DNA of 63,889 bases, the filler included, from Bilabrum cf. latius (taxonomy: Eukaryota): the NCBI GenBank assembly GCA_965178125.1. It is 3 parts of 3 records of this genome, joined end to end, with 100 filler letters (N's around TTAATTAATTAA, not from the genome) between each part and the next. Parts side by side here need not be neighbours in the genome. Positions count along the whole stretch, not along the records: positions 1 to 24,328 come from CBCXTV010000041.1; 2 more parts are not named here. One strand, given 5' to 3'. Under the pieces are notes generated by a model. The model ran no database searches and was not told the origin of the DNA. It saw only the letters and a program-made list of their open reading frames with translations. Numbering within the stretch: position 1 is the stretch's first letter; every line of letters starts with the position of its first letter. Both the position numbers and the translations under genes were made by a program. Shown here in pieces: positions 1 through 12,989 of this stretch.

Positions 1-153
1 CCACGCCAGCACCCCCGCAGCGGCTTCCGCCCGCTCGCGCTCTCGGTCGCGGCGCCGGTAGGCGCGGCTCGCCGATACGGCTCGTGGGTTGTGAGTTGGT
101 AGAGCCCACGCGCGGAAATATAGCCGCTTGCTTAGCGAGGTGAACGCAATCCG

Positions 154-727
154 ACAAAGTGAACACAAAGTGAACACAAAGTGAACACGGAGTGCACACA
201 AACTGAACACACACTTCACCCAATTAGTGCAATAAGTGTACACGAAGGACACAAAAAAAACACAAGGAGTACAAGCGCACACAAAATGTTCGAAATGAAC
301 ATAAAGTGATCGCAAAGTGAACGCAAGTTGCACACAAACTGAACACGAAGGGTACATGAAGTGCAGTACGAAGTGCCCACAAATAGAGCACAAAGTGTGC
401 ACGAAGTGAACACGAAGTGTACACAAAGTGTACGCGAAGTTAACACAAAGTGAACGCAAAGGGAATATAAAATGAACATAAAATGAATGTGATGTGAACA
501 TGGAGTGAGGACAAAGTGCACATGAATTGTACACGACGTGCATGCGAAGTGCACACAAAGTGGCCACGAAGTGAGCACAAAGTGCACAAAAAGTGTACAC
601 AAAGTGAACACAAAGTGGACACGAAGTGAGCACAAAGTGGACACAAACATACACACAAAGAAAAGGAAATATGAATATAAAGTGAACGCACATGGAACGT
701 AGCGCGAACGCAAAGTGGCCACAAAGT
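154..727 (+). repeat. Degenerate 11-bp minisatellite (consensus ACACAAA[G/C]TGA)
   Basis: Repeated caaagtgaaca/caaactgaaca-like units; same family as 5133-5853. Confidence 0.85.
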
Positions 728-921
728 GCGAGCGAGACGTTCTTGCAGTCGTTCTTGCAGGTGCCCGCCCCAGGCGGTCCGAGCGGGGGAGGGTAGAGCC
801 CCCCTAGGGGAAATGGCCCCGAAGGGCGAGGCGGCGAAGACGACGGAGGCGAAGACGACCTTGCTTCTTCGACAGCAGCGACCGCCGCCGTCGAGCGAGG
901 CCCGTCGGGCATCCACTTCGG

Positions 922-1175
922 GTTCACTTTATGGCCACTTGATGCGCACTGTGTGACCAGTTCGCGTCCACCTTATCTTCACTTTGCGTTCACTTTGTGT
1001 CCATCTGTTCACCTTGCGTCCATCTCGTGTTTTCTGTGTGTTCACTTTTTGTTCAGTTTGTGCGCACTTGCTGTTCAGTTTGTGTGCGCTTTGCGTTCAG
1101 TTTGTGTGTTTGGCCTTGATTCAGTGTATGCTCAGTCTGTGTCCATTTGTTGTTTTTTGCGTTTCCTTTGTTGGG
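922..1175 (-). repeat. Degenerate 11-bp minisatellite, reverse orientation
   Basis: gttcactttgt/gttcagtttgt units, the reverse complement of the 154-727 block. Confidence 0.75.
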
Positions 1176-1365
1176 TATGTTGTAACCATAAGGCGATTGC
1201 GTCGGGCTTGGGAGAGCGGGCAGCGGAGAAGCACCCGGCGGCGAAGGTGCCGCGCCCCTGGTCGAAGGCGTTGGCGTTGCCCCGGGGAGAGAGCGCGGCG
1301 CCGTCGGCGAGTGCGCACGGAGGCTCGAGCGCCCAGTATTTCAGCGGAAGGCGTTGTCCGCAAAG

Positions 1366-1397
1366 AGAGGGGGGAGAGAGAGAGAGAGAGAGAGAGA
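1366..1397 (+). repeat. (GA)n microsatellite
   Basis: Direct dinucleotide run. Confidence 0.9.
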
Positions 1398-2696
1398 AGA
1401 AGCGAGAGTTGAGGGTCCGCCGGGCAGGTTAGGGCGTGCGACAACTAGCGTTCGCAGGGCTCACCGCTTTTAGCCGCGGATGGGATGTTTGTCTTGAGCG
1501 GCAAACCTCAGGGGACGCACTCGGGCCGTTCACTTCCGATGATGACCGCGTCAGGTGACATTATGGACTTCAAGGTTCTATCGCGACCTCTTGTGCTTAT
1601 GCGTTTCTTGCCCGGCGCATGCGCTCGTGATCCTTCCGACCCGATCGTTCGCAGGGCGGGCGGCTGCTGCCGCCGCGGAGGGCGTCGCCGAGTTCTCGGC
1701 GAGCTCCATGGGGCCGACGGAGCGGTCTTTGTTGGGGCCCAATGCATGGGTGCCAAAATCCTTCAATACTAGCGCCCCCTGTCTGCAAGTTTTTACCCTC
1801 AGGTTGGTTCCTAAGCTTATCCAGCCATGTCGGACGTATAGTCGGTCGTATGTGGGCGCACACACCTCGAAGTGGGCAGACATTTCATGAAGGCCCAGGC
1901 GATGACACCGATGCACACGCACCTTTGGACATCTTTGGAAGTCATGGCTTCTTGCCTTACTGATTTTACCGCTCCAAGGGTGCCAGAATAGTTCTCCAGT
2001 ACGACTGGCCCATGGCGTCAACGACATCGGATCTCACCCCTCGGCACCGATCTTGTTTAGAACGTTCAAGAGCGCGTTGCGTTGCAGTTTTCAGCAGGTC
2101 GAGCGCGGTCGGCTCCGCGATGTCGGCGGTCCCGCCCGCGGCGACGAGCTCGTCCGCTGAGTCGACGGAGGAGGCGTGTCGGTGTCTTTTGTTATCCCCT
2201 TTTCTTCGAGCGCGTTGACACAGAAGCGTGAACCCCCCAAGGTCGATTTGACAATCCTCATGTGCGAAACCGGAATCCGGACGCATTGCTTGCCATTGGC
2301 GAGCACTAAGCGCCCGCCGTCACCCCGTTGGCACTTGCTCCGCAGGCAATTGTTCAGCAGGCAAGACATCTTGACCACCCCCCCCCCCCCCCCCGTGGCA
2401 CTTGCTCCGCAGGCGCCGCCGTCACACATATCGACGACCTCGTCGGGCGAATCGACGTCGGAGGAGGCACTTCCTTGTCAAGTCGGGGCAGAAGGGAGGG
2501 CTATTCCGAACTTGCAAGATGAGCCCAGAGAAGATTCGCAATCCGTAGGTGCGAGACTTGGGGCCCAGCCCAACCGGCGACAATTAAGGCCCGGCGGCGA
2601 CTGGCCGGAGAGCTCGATGCATTCGGCACTGCGCAGGTTTGAATTTTGTTGCAAGGCACACCTTCAATCAGTTGACCGTGTCCAGGCACCTAGAGA

Positions 2697-3461
2697 TTGC
2701 TGGTCGATGTCTTGGGATTCGATTGCAATTGGCCTTTCGGGGAGTCTTGGCCAAGGACCACCCTCGGGAATTCGTGTCATCAGGTGCCGCAGCTGGAGAC
2801 GGACCCATATGTGACGGCGACACAGCCCGCGGCGGAGCCGGCGGAGTTGCTGCCGCCGTTGCCGCCGTTGTTACCGTTGGAAGTAGCCCGGATGGAAGCG
2901 GACTTGTCGGCGGCGGCCGCCTCCAGGGCGGCGAGGTCGCGACCGCCGCGACCGTGCGCATTGCAGCCACTGCCTGAGCCGCAAGACCCCGCGTTGCGGC
3001 TGTCGCCGCAGCCGGCGCCGCAAACGCTGGCGCGGCAGGAGCCGCCCGGTCCGTCCAGCGCGCCACTGCCGCCGCCAGCGCCGATGCGGCCGATGCGCCC
3101 GCCGATGCAGCCGCCTCAGCCGCCAGCGCCGCGGCCCGCGACGCCGCCAGTGCCGACGCCGCCATTGCCACCGGCGCGGCGGCCCTCGATCCCGCCGCTA
3201 AAGCCCCCGCCGCCGCCGCGCTTGGCGCCGCGATCGTCGGCGGCTCTTGGGTTGAGCGTGCCGCCGCCGCCGCCGCCGCGGGCCGTGGCGCCTCCGTTCC
3301 CCGAGCGGCCGCCAAAGCCGCCGGCGCCTTGCTCCAGCAACGATCGGCGGCGGCGAAAAAAACCCAGGAAAATCACGCGCCCCGACGGTCGCTCCAGGAC
3401 CGTCCACAAGTCCCATAAGCGCAAGTCCGACAAGCGCAAGTCCCACAAGAAGAAGGATTGA
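2697..3461 (+). CDS. Possible last exon of a Pro-rich protein with a Lys/Arg-rich C-terminus
   Basis: Open frame of Pro-rich low complexity ending RRRRKKPRK...HKSHKRKSDKRKSHKKKD-TGA; no recognisable domain and the start is unknown. Confidence 0.3.
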   Translation: MLVDVLGFDCNWPFGESWPRTTLGNSCHQVPQLETDPYVTATQPAAEPAELLPPLPPLLPLEVARMEADLSAAAASRAARSRPPRPCALQPLPEPQDPALRLSPQPAPQTLARQEPPGPSSAPLPPPAPMRPMRPPMQPPQPPAPRPATPPVPTPPLPPARRPSIPPLKPPPPPRLAPRSSAALGLSVPPPPPPRAVAPPFPERPPKPPAPCSSNDRRRRKKPRKITRPDGRSRTVHKSHKRKSDKRKSHKKKD

Positions 3462-4238
3462 GGCATGTTGGGTGCGCAGAGCGAGCCGCGCGGCAAAAGA
3501 AGGCTCGAGGCGCGCGGTCATTGTCCGGTGTGGTGGCGGTGATGGGGCGGGTCTTTCGGGATGGTTTGGCGCCAGAGACTCAAATGAGGGAGCGTCTTTG
3601 TTTAGACATTGACAACATACCCTAGACGCGTTAGGATCGTCGCGGTTCTATCCCGAGCGTCGATGCGGCAACGACTGGCCGAGCGCCCCGAGTGCAACGC
3701 CTTCACCCTAATGTCCGCGGTGGGACCACCCGTGGTGGAGTGCGGGACCGCGCCGTATGTCGTCGAGGGTATGGGGTCTCCGGGTCCTCGTCAGAATTGG
3801 AGTCGCTCAGTCGCTCGCGTCGGCGTTGGAATGCGCAAGGTCCATCCGAGCGCCAGTGTTGCGCGATAACATCGAATGGCCCGACTGCCAAGTCACAGCA
3901 GTGATCGCGTCGGACAAGTTGCAGATGCGCGCGGCCCGATGTAACCTTTCTTCCACAAGAAGCGGAAGAGTTCCGGAAGTAACCGGTGCATCCCTTGCGC
4001 TGCGACGTTTGGCATGCACGCCCGAGTTCGAGTGCGACTCTTGGCTCCGAAACAGCCGCGAGACCGACTTGGGCGCAAAACCAAACATGGAAACTCTTTC
4101 GCCCGGTAATTTCAAACATCTTGGTTCCTCATTCGCCCTTTGTTGAAACATTCGTTCCCGTCTTTTGCGGCCGGCTATGGATTGCTGTATCGGTGTTGCT
4201 CATGGTCGGACGGAGGGCGGCGCTTCCATAGGTTGCCA

Positions 4239-4313
4239 GGCTCTGCAGAAGAGCGGGTGGGGAGGCTCTGAAGAAGAGCTCAAAGCGCGACGAGGCTCTG
4301 AAGAAGAGCCCCA
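4239..4313 (+). repeat. Cluster of three GGCTCT-GAAGA-AGAGCC hairpin motifs
   Basis: The same motif recurs at 9852-10226, 15047-15082 and 20025-20207. Confidence 0.7.
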
Positions 4314-4668
4314 AGTTGACCGGGCGGGAGAAGTCTGAGCGAGATTCAAGCACAGGTGTCATGGATGGGCGTTTGCTTCCGGCGTCATGCAGCGGATCGC
4401 TCGCGCGCTTGGCGCGTGGGTGGTCATCCCTGCGGATGTCAACCATACATGCACACGCAGCGTGTTACTTCGGCGGTCGTGCGGGTGGGCCGCGGCTCGC
4501 TCGTGTCGCCGCCCTTTCGGAGTGGGGTGCTCATGCTTCGAATGCACTCATTTACGGACATCTCTGATGGATGGGCGCCGCGCGTGGATGGGCTTTTGCT
4601 CGTTCGCGCGAGGCTGTGGTTGTGCGTGTTTTGTTCGATTGCGCATGAGCGGGTGTGGGGGTGGGCCA

Positions 4669-4935
4669 TGCGGGTGGGCCGTGGCTCGCTCGCGTGGCCG
4701 CCCTCGGGCTAACCACCGCGGACTTGCCAAACGTAAATAGAGCAGGAAGCGAACTGGATGTGACGCAGCGAAGGCAATGCGACGAGCGAGCTTGTGGGGA
4801 TGGGCCGTGCGGGTGGGCCGTGGCTCGCTCGCGTGGCCGCCCTCGGGCTAACCACCGCGGATTTGCGAAACGTAAATAGAGCAGGAAGCGAAGTTGATGT
4901 GACGCGGCGAAGGCAATGCGACGAGCGAGCTTGTG
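4669..4935 (+). repeat. Tandem duplication, ~139-bp period
   Basis: gcgggtgggccgtggctcgctcgcgtggccgccctcgggctaaccaccgcgga...gacgagcgagcttgtg occurs twice. Confidence 0.85.
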
Positions 4936-5132
4936 AGTAACTTGTGAGTGGGTTTCCCATGTACATCGCTAACGATCGTCGGCGAAAGTTGAGCCACCAG
5001 GTAAGATTTGGGAGCTAATTGGACAGGGTCTCTAACAGGTCACAGGTTGAACGAAAACTTGACACTCCGGGCACGCAACCCAAGCAAAAATTGAACACCA
5101 AGTGTGACGCGCACTCAACACACATTAAATAC

Positions 5133-5853
5133 AGACTGAACACAAACTGGACACAAACTGAACACAAAGTGCGCACAAACTGCAGACAAACTGGACACAT
5201 AATGAACACAAACTGAACACAAACTGAACACAAACTGAACACAAACTGAACACAAACTGAACATAAACTGAACACAAACTGAACACAAACTGAACACAAA
5301 CTGAACACGAACTGAACACAAACTGAACACAAACTGAACACAAACTGAACACAAACTGAACACAAACTGAACACAAACTGAACACAAACTGAACACAAAC
5401 TGAACACAAACTGAACATAAACTGAACACAAACTGAACACAAACTGGACACAAACTGGACACAAACTGAACACAAACTGAACACAAACTGAACACAAACT
5501 GAACACAAACTGAACACAAACTGAACACAAAGTGCGCACAAACTGAACACAAACTGGACACATAATGAACACAAACTGAACACAAACTGAACACAAACTG
5601 AACACAAACTGAACACAAACTGAACACAAACTGAACACAAACTGAACAGAAACTGAACAGGAACTGAACACAAACTGAACACAAACTGAACACAAACTGA
5701 ACACAAACTGAACACAAACTGAACACAAACTGAACACAAACTGAACACAAACTGAACACAAACTGAACACAAACTGAACACAAACTGAACATAAAGTGTA
5801 CATAAATGGATATGAACTGGACACAGAGTGAACACAAAGTGAACGAAAGTGAA
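5133..5853 (+). repeat. (CACAAACTGAA)n 11-bp minisatellite
   Basis: Long near-perfect tandem array with degenerate edges. Confidence 0.97.
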
Positions 5854-5887
5854 CCCATTGTTTCTCAAAATCTGTGGGAGGGCCACC

Positions 5888-6117
5888 GAAAAAAAACTCA
5901 ATTTGTCTCATTTTTCTCAATTTTCACCAATATTCAGGGCCCTTGCCCCCCCAAAAAACTCAATTTGTCTCAATTTTTCTCAATTTTCACCAATATTCAG
6001 GGCCCTTGCCCCCCAAAAAACTCAATTTGCCTCAATTTGCTTCAATTTGCCTTAATTTTTTCTCAATTTGCCGCCCCCTCCCGGAAAAAAACTCAATTTC
6101 TCTCATTTTTTCTCAAA
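5888..6117 (+). repeat. AT-rich CTCAATTT-motif repeat block, including a ~61-bp direct duplication
   Basis: aaaaaactcaatttgtctca...ttttcaccaatattcagggcccttgccccc occurs twice, plus further ctcaattt copies. Confidence 0.75.
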
Positions 6118-6439
6118 ATGGGCTGGGTGACGCCGAATTTGTTGCACAAATTGAAGGGGGCCGTTTGTGCATGATGCGTTTTCCCCGTCGCTCCCGCCAA
6201 GACAAAAGGCAAAGGCTTAATTCGTCTTGAAGGTGTGTTTGCGCTTGCCCATTCGTCTCAATTCGTTTGAATTGGAACCGTTGCATCGCAGTTTGCACAT
6301 TGCTTGTTGACGTCGTGTGGCATCGCGAAGCTTGAGGATTGAGGTGATGATTGCCGTGAGCAGCTCTGACAATGGTGAACTTAGCGCGGTTTGGTGAGTC
6401 GGGTATGTCATGAGTGTTTGCTTTGCTGGGGTTCACTTT

Positions 6440-6710
6440 CTGTGTTGAAAAAGTTCAGTTTTCGTATTCAGTTTGCGTACGGTTCATGTGAAGCTTGTGT
6501 TAGTATTCGTTCACCTTGTCACCGGTGTTTTTTCACTTTGCGCTCAGTTTGCGGTCCCTTTGCGTTCACCTTGTTGTGTTCACTTCGTGCTCACGTCGTG
6601 TCTCTGTGTACACTTTGTGTTCAGTTTGTGTACACTTTATGTTCAGTTTGGTTTGTGGTGTGTTTGTGTTGATCACTTTGTGTGCGCGTTGTTCAGCAGT
6701 TTGTGTTCAG
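6440..6710 (-). repeat. Degenerate 11-bp minisatellite, reverse orientation
   Basis: gttcagtttg/cactttgtg units. Confidence 0.7.
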
Positions 6711-6844
6711 GCGTTTAGTGACTCGGTTGTCTCCGCAGACCGTGCCCCAGCTGGCTCGATCTGCATCTTGCGCGACTGCTCGCGCCGCGACTCGCGCCGC
6801 ACGCCGCAGACCGAACGCGTGCTTGTCGGTTCCCGTTCCCCGCG

Positions 6845-8725
6845 ATGATCCTCATGCCTTTTGGCTTCGGCGGTTGTGGCGGCGGCGGCTGCGGCTTTCC
6901 TGGAGGAGGAGGAGGAGGAGGAGGAGGAGGAGGAGGAGGAGGTTGGGATGGCCCGACGTCATCATGGGGCCCACCTTGGTGGTGGTTTTCTTCGAAACGC
7001 CGTCCACGCCGCGAGGAGGATGACTCGTCGGACGATTTCGAGCCGGTCGTAGTGTTGAAGAACAGCCGAGAGCGCCGACTGGCAAGGAGAAGGCTCGAGC
7101 AGATGACGATGCCGACGCCGATGTATGCGCCGCCGATGCAGGGCATGCCGATGCAGCACATGCCGATGCAGTGCATGCCGATGTATGCGCCGCAGATGCA
7201 GGGTTGGCCCATGCAGCAGAGCGGGCCGACGCCGTTCGATCAGCAAGGCTTGTGCATGCCGCGCATGCGGAACCCAGGCATGCCGATGCAGCAGGGATTG
7301 CCGATGCAGCAGAGCATGCCGATGCAACAGCAGCAGATGCCGATGCAACAGCAGAGCATGCCGATGCAACAGCAGAGCATGCCGACTCAGTACGACCCCT
7401 CTGGGACGAGACTCTTCCGATGCGTCAGGGCTTGCCCCAGCAAATGCCGATGCAGCAGAGCGTGCCGATGCAGCAGGGAATGCCGATGCAGCAGAGCATG
7501 CCGATGCAGCAGAGCATGCCGATGCAGCAGAGCATGCCGATGCAGCAGGGAATGCCGATGCAGCAGGGAATGCCGATGCAGCAGGGAATGCCGATGCAGC
7601 AGGGAATGCCGATGATGCAGCAGAGTATGCCGATGCAGCAGGGCGTGCCGACGCAGACGATGATGCAACAGCCCACGCCCATGCAGCCCAAGCCCACGCA
7701 GCAGGGCGATGGCACGCAGATGCAGGATTGCTCGCAGAGCGATCAGCAAGAAGGCGACCGCAAGCGCGGATACGACGACGTCGGCGGCGGTTGGGGAGGA
7801 GGCACCAGCAAGAGCGCTCGCAGGTTCGGCAGCGGCTGGAAAGTTGGCAAAAGTTGGGGCGGCTTGCGCGGTTGGGGCCAGAAGCGCGGCGAAGGACGGA
7901 TGGGACCAGAATCGCGGCGGCAACGGCGGCGGTCGTCGCGCTGACACCGGCGGTTGGGGCTGGAAGGGTGGCGGGGGCGGCGCCAAAAGCGATGACGATG
8001 AGGTCCGCTTGCGCATTTGCCGTTGGTGTGGAAAGGAGGCGTATGTCCGAAAGGGAGTGTGCTTGTCGTGTAATCCACCGAAGGGTTCCGGTCAGGAGAC
8101 GGAAGGCCAGGGCGGCGAGGGCGTGAAGGGGATTCTGAAGCCGCAGAGCCAGAGCCCCCGCGCGGCGTGCAGCCACGAGGGCGCGGCGTGCAGCCAGAGC
8201 CAGAGCCAGACAGCGCCGGTGTGGGATTCGTGGACGGCATGGTTCGCGGAAGGCCCACCGGCTGCGTCAGGTGCAGCCCAGCAGGAAGCCCCACCGGCTG
8301 CTTCAGGTGCAGCCCCGCAGGAAGCCCCAACGGGTGCTTCAGGTGCAGCCCCGCAAGCCCCACCGGCTGCTTCAGGTGCAACCCCCCCGCAGGCAGCCTC
8401 ACCGGCTGCTTCAGGTGCAGCCGCGCAGGAAGCCCCACAGGCTGCTTCAGGTGGTGCAACCCCGCAGGGAAGGTCGCCCATTGCAAGGCCGACGACAGCG
8501 CCGATCACGCCGCCTGCGGCAAGGCCACCGATGACGCCGACGACACACCAGACGATTGATGTGCCGCTCGATCAGCAGCCCCCGCCCGTCGATCCGATGT
8601 CGGGCGTGGCGCAGGATGCCGAAGGCGAGACCGCGCCGCCGACTGGAAGCCAGACTCCGCCGTTGCACGACCACGGTCGCGATGGCTTGAGTTGTAATTG
8701 CGTCACAAAGTGCGCACAAAGTTGA
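6845..8725 (+). CDS. Hypothetical low-complexity protein (poly-Gly, MPMQQ repeats, C4 zinc-finger-like motif, APPAASGA repeats), frameshifted
   Basis: Consecutive frames 6845-7615, 7171-7944 and 7709-8725 carry MPMQQ[SG] repeats, then CRWC-x9-CLSC and 33-bp coding repeats; two frame breaks are needed. Confidence 0.5.
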
Positions 8726-9250
8726 CACGAAGTGAACAGGAAGTGAACACAAAGCGAACACAAAGTGTGCGGAAAGTGAACACAGAAGGTACACGAACTG
8801 AACACGAACACAAAATGAACACACACACATTGTACACAAAGTGTACGAAAACTGAACACAAACTGAACACAAACTGAACACAAACTGAACACAAACTGAA
8901 CACAAACTGAACACAAACTGAACACAAACTGAACACAAACTGAACACAAACTGAACACAAACTGAACACAAACTGAACACAAACTGAACAGAAACTGAAC
9001 AGAAACTGAACATAAACTGAACACAAACTGAACACAAACTGAACACAAACTGAACACAAACTGAACACAAACTGAACACAAACTGAACACAAACTGAACA
9101 CAAACTGAACACAAACTGAACACAAACTGAACACAAACTGAACACACACTGAACACAAACTGAACAGAAACTGAACACAAACTGAACACAAACTGAACAC
9201 AAACTGAACACAAATTGAAAATAAGGCGCATGCAACACACAGTGAACACG
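8704..9250 (+). repeat. (CACAAACTGAA)n 11-bp minisatellite
   Basis: Near-perfect core at 8851-9212 with degenerate flanks. Confidence 0.97.
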
Positions 9251-9851
9251 AAGACAAGACATAACATAAACATAAACCAGGCGAGACGACGGAGTAGCTT
9301 GGCGCTCGGCCATTGACGGAGCTTCTCGTCATCGTGCCCGTCCGCCATGGCCGGACGGCGTAGTGGCTCGCCCAAGACCGAGGGCCGGCACAGTGGGCCA
9401 CAGCACAGATCTTCCGCTCTCCGGGAAAAACTCGAGTTGCGCGCTCATGGCGGAGTTTGGCTCGGGCAGGTGTCTTGAGGTGAAGATCGATGAGGGCAAC
9501 GCTTGCCTGACTTTCAATGCGCATGAACATTGCAAAAGCGTTGCCCTTTTATGCTGAATTTTTGGGACATATTCAGTTTCGGAAGGATGCCACAGGGATT
9601 ACCGGCTTGCGGGCTCCACGCGTTCCCTCGGTGGATGGGCTTTTGCTCGTTCGCTTGCGGACGTCGTGGTTCCTTACTTGTTGGCTCGTCTTCGGAATGC
9701 CTTGATGGGATTCGGATCGTGTTGTGCAGTGGCACGCTCGCTCCTGCGGGGTGTGGGCGGATGTGCATGCATTCATCGCCGTTGGTGCTACTCGGGAACA
9801 AGGCTCCGAAGACCCAGCGGTAATGTCGTCGTCCGACTTTGGGGATTTCTT

Positions 9852-10226
9852 GGGCTCTGAAGAAGAACCCCAGGTTGCGGGGGCTCTGAAGAAGAGCCCT
9901 GGAGGCCGGGCGGATTGCAAGGCTCTGAAGAAGAGCCCCAGGGCGGCGGTGGCGGGAGGCCGGGCGGATTGCAAGGCTCTGAAGAAGAGCCCTGGAGGCC
10001 GGGCGGATTGCAAGGCTCTGAAGAAGAGCCCCAGGGCGGAGGCCGGGCGGATTGCGAGGCTCTGAAGAAGAGTCCCAGGTTCGCGGTGGCGGGAGGGGAG
10101 GCGGGCGGAATGCGGGGGCTTTGAAGAAGAGCCCCAGTTGCGGACAACAAGGCTCTGAAGAAGAGCCCCAAGTTGATCGGCGGCTGGCGGAGGCGGGCGG
10201 ATGACGAGGCTCTGAAGAAGAGCCCG
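9852..10226 (+). repeat. Array of ~9 GGCTCTGAAGAAGAGCCC hairpin motifs with G-rich linkers
   Basis: Copies near 9852, 9881, 9921, 9975, 10014, 10058, 10116, 10151 and 10208. Confidence 0.85.
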
Positions 10227-10278
10227 AAGGTGGCCGGGGGCGGGCGGTGGCGGGCGGAGGGAGGGGGCGGAGGACGCC

Positions 10279-12717
10279 ATGCCTCGGGCGGAGGGAGGGG
10301 GCGGAAGGAGGGGGCGGAGGACCGCATGCGACTTTGATGTTCGCACCGCAGTTTTGGAGAAGATCCCAGCCCCAGCCTCTGAACCCGCAGCGTCGGCCAT
10401 GGCCAACAAGTGCCTTGCAGGCTTGTCACATGAGGATCTTGCGGCGTATGCAGATGCGCTTGGGCTCCCAGTCCCGCCGAAGCCGTCCAACAGTTGTCGG
10501 CCACCGTCCGATCCGTCCGCGGCCGCCTCCGCTCACACGGACGCTCCGCTTGCAACCCCGGACCCGAAGCCAGAATCGGCCGCGGCAACGTGCAGCTCTT
10601 CGCTTGTTGTTTCCGCAGCACAGGGCGCTCCGCATGCATCCCCGGTGGGCTCCGCCGCCGAGGGCGAATCCGAAGACCAGGAGGAGGATGATGGCGTCAG
10701 GGCCTTCCCATTACAGTCACTTCTTGGCCCGTCCAGGTCCCAGTGCCTTGAACCCTTGGGCTTGGGCCTCCGGGTTGGGTCTAGGGCAACAGGCGGCTTG
10801 GCCCCCGGCGCCCGCCGGCTTTCGGAGTCATATGAGGAGACAGACGCCGTGACGATTGACAGCGCGGTGGACGAACGCCCCGTTCGGAAACGCCCAGCGG
10901 CCAAAATGAGCGCCGTCGTCGTCCAGTCGCCACCAGGGCAGCAAGATGATGTTGCGGTCAGGACGCGTGACAGGGCGAAGATGCGGAAGTTCATGTCGAT
11001 GTGGGACCAGCTTCCCGAGTTTGTCCGTTCGGAGTACGAGCGGGTGACTGACTGTTCGTAGCGTCCAGCCCGCGTAAACACCTGGGAAAGCGAATGCGAA
11101 TGTGTGGTGGTAGTTGGGCAGGTCATGGGTGGATGAGTGCTTGAGTGGGTGGGCCGCCGGTCGGGTATGTTGTGGAGAGGGCTCAGGTCCGCCTTGGGGT
11201 CGCCGTCCAGACTAATTGGGTCGCCGTCAGGACTGCACAAGTTTAGGCGAACACGTTGAAGGACGGCAGCGCGCGAGCCAAGAAGACTGAGATCGTCAAC
11301 AACAGTTTCCAGCGCGACGGAAATAATCTTGTCCCTGCGTTCGACGGGCCCTTTTTCGCGGAGGTCAAGAAGCACAGCGAGAAGTCCTTTCACGAAGGGA
11401 GCGCCAAAGGCCTCATCCGGGTGGTGGCGATTGCGAAGTGCGGCGGGGAGAAGAATCTGGAGGCGGCTGTACGATCGGGGGATGTGACCACCGAAGTGGA
11501 CATGAGCGGGCGGCGCTATTATTTCTTTCCACAAGTTCGGACGGGCAAGCGGGAGGAGGTGGAGACCGTCACGAGCACCGGGCGTTCGAAGACGATCGAT
11601 CCTGAGGATTACAAGGCGCTTGGGGCCTATTAACGCACTACACATGCGATTGCTGCTTTGTGATTTGGCTCCCGGGCCGGGGCTCGGCGCGCCTTGGCCC
11701 GGCCCGGGCTTGGGCCCGAGCTTGGGCCCGGGCTTGGGCCCGAGCTTGGGCCCGAGTTTGGGCCCGAGCCTTAATCTCGAATGTTTTCATGTTGTGTGCA
11801 TCTCCCCAGGCGCTTGCGGAGCTCGCGGACTCGTTGCATTGGCAGGTGCACTCGGGGCCGATCTCCGACGGCAGCGCGGGGTCGAGTGTGCAGAAGGTCA
11901 TCGAGAACGGGATCACGCCTGAGACCGTGGAGGCCCTCAAGAAGCAGCAACGGGACGTCTTGAAGGCATTGAAGGTCGGTGCAAGCAGCCCTTGGCCTGA
12001 GCAAATCAGAGGGGGAATTTTCATCAAGCTGTTGCCTGGCCTTGACACCTCGCTCGGGGCCCGGGCGCTGGAGCGCTTGACCCCGGGACTACGCCCCATG
12101 CCCCGGGGCCGGAGATCCTTGGCCCTGGCTTTTGCCAGGGCTTGCTTTGGCCCCAGACCCGTGGCCCGAGATCCCTGGCCTTGCCCCCTGTCGGGTGCCG
12201 AGCCCTGGACCCCAGATCCAGACGAAACCGGGGGATCGACGGGGAGTCCCCCCCCCCTTTCTGGCGGCAAGAGGCTTGGGATGACATAAGTGAATTTGCG
12301 CTCACCCTAGTTGGCCCTGAGTTCACTTTGCAGGTGACGGAGAAGCTCCTTGAGGCGGCGAGTGCGGTCCATTCGCCTTCGGATACGTTCCGCGCCCAGA
12401 TGGATGAGCTCAAGAAAACAACATCGCAAGCCGATCTGCATCAGTCGGACCTCATGTTTTTGGTGAAGCATGAGCGGGTTCCGGACGGTCCCGAGCTCTC
12501 CTTGATGGTCGCGCAGGACTATACACTTCAGAGCGCGAAGTTGCTTTCCGCCATGGTCGAGGGAACTAAAATAATTCGGGCGTTGATGCCCAAGAGCGAG
12601 GGCAAGGTCCGCCCGAAGGGCAAGCGCGGGAGGAAGGGCGTCCAGCCCGTCCAGCAGGAGGGTAAGGATGAGGCGGACGAGGGGGGCAACGCAGGGAAGA
12701 AAGAGGTTGACGCATAG
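10279..12717 (+). CDS. Four-exon hypothetical protein
   Basis: Phase-0 introns 11044-11246 (GT-AG), 11616-11809 (GC-AG) and 11975-12333 (GT-AG) join four ORF-track frames into one protein (...SEYER|ANTLK...EDYK|ALAEL...KALK|VTEK...). The start codon and the last acceptor are uncertain. Confidence 0.65.
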
Positions 12718-12989
12718 GAGGCGAAGTCCCCCGGCGAGCCTCATTTGAGGAGTGATACGACGTCCAGATGTTTTCCATGCGAGCGCGGCGAACGCGCGGC
12801 GAAATATTACTCCTCCGCACTGTGGGAGGCTTGCGCTTGGCCCCGGCTCCCTGAGGTTCGGGCCCCAGGGCCTCCAGGTCGGGGCTCTCTCAAACGTTCC
12901 CATGGCGCCGTGGTCCGACTCCCCAGCGCCGAAGCTTTGGCTCGCACCTCTCCAACCGGCCCCGGGCAGGCAAAACAAATTGGTTGGCG

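Noticed and set aside
5015-5920. Long ORFs of CSVCVQFVFSL repeats (also 216-722, 8447-9530, 12745-13997)
   Set aside because: They are translations of the 11-bp minisatellite and are open in all three frames of one strand.
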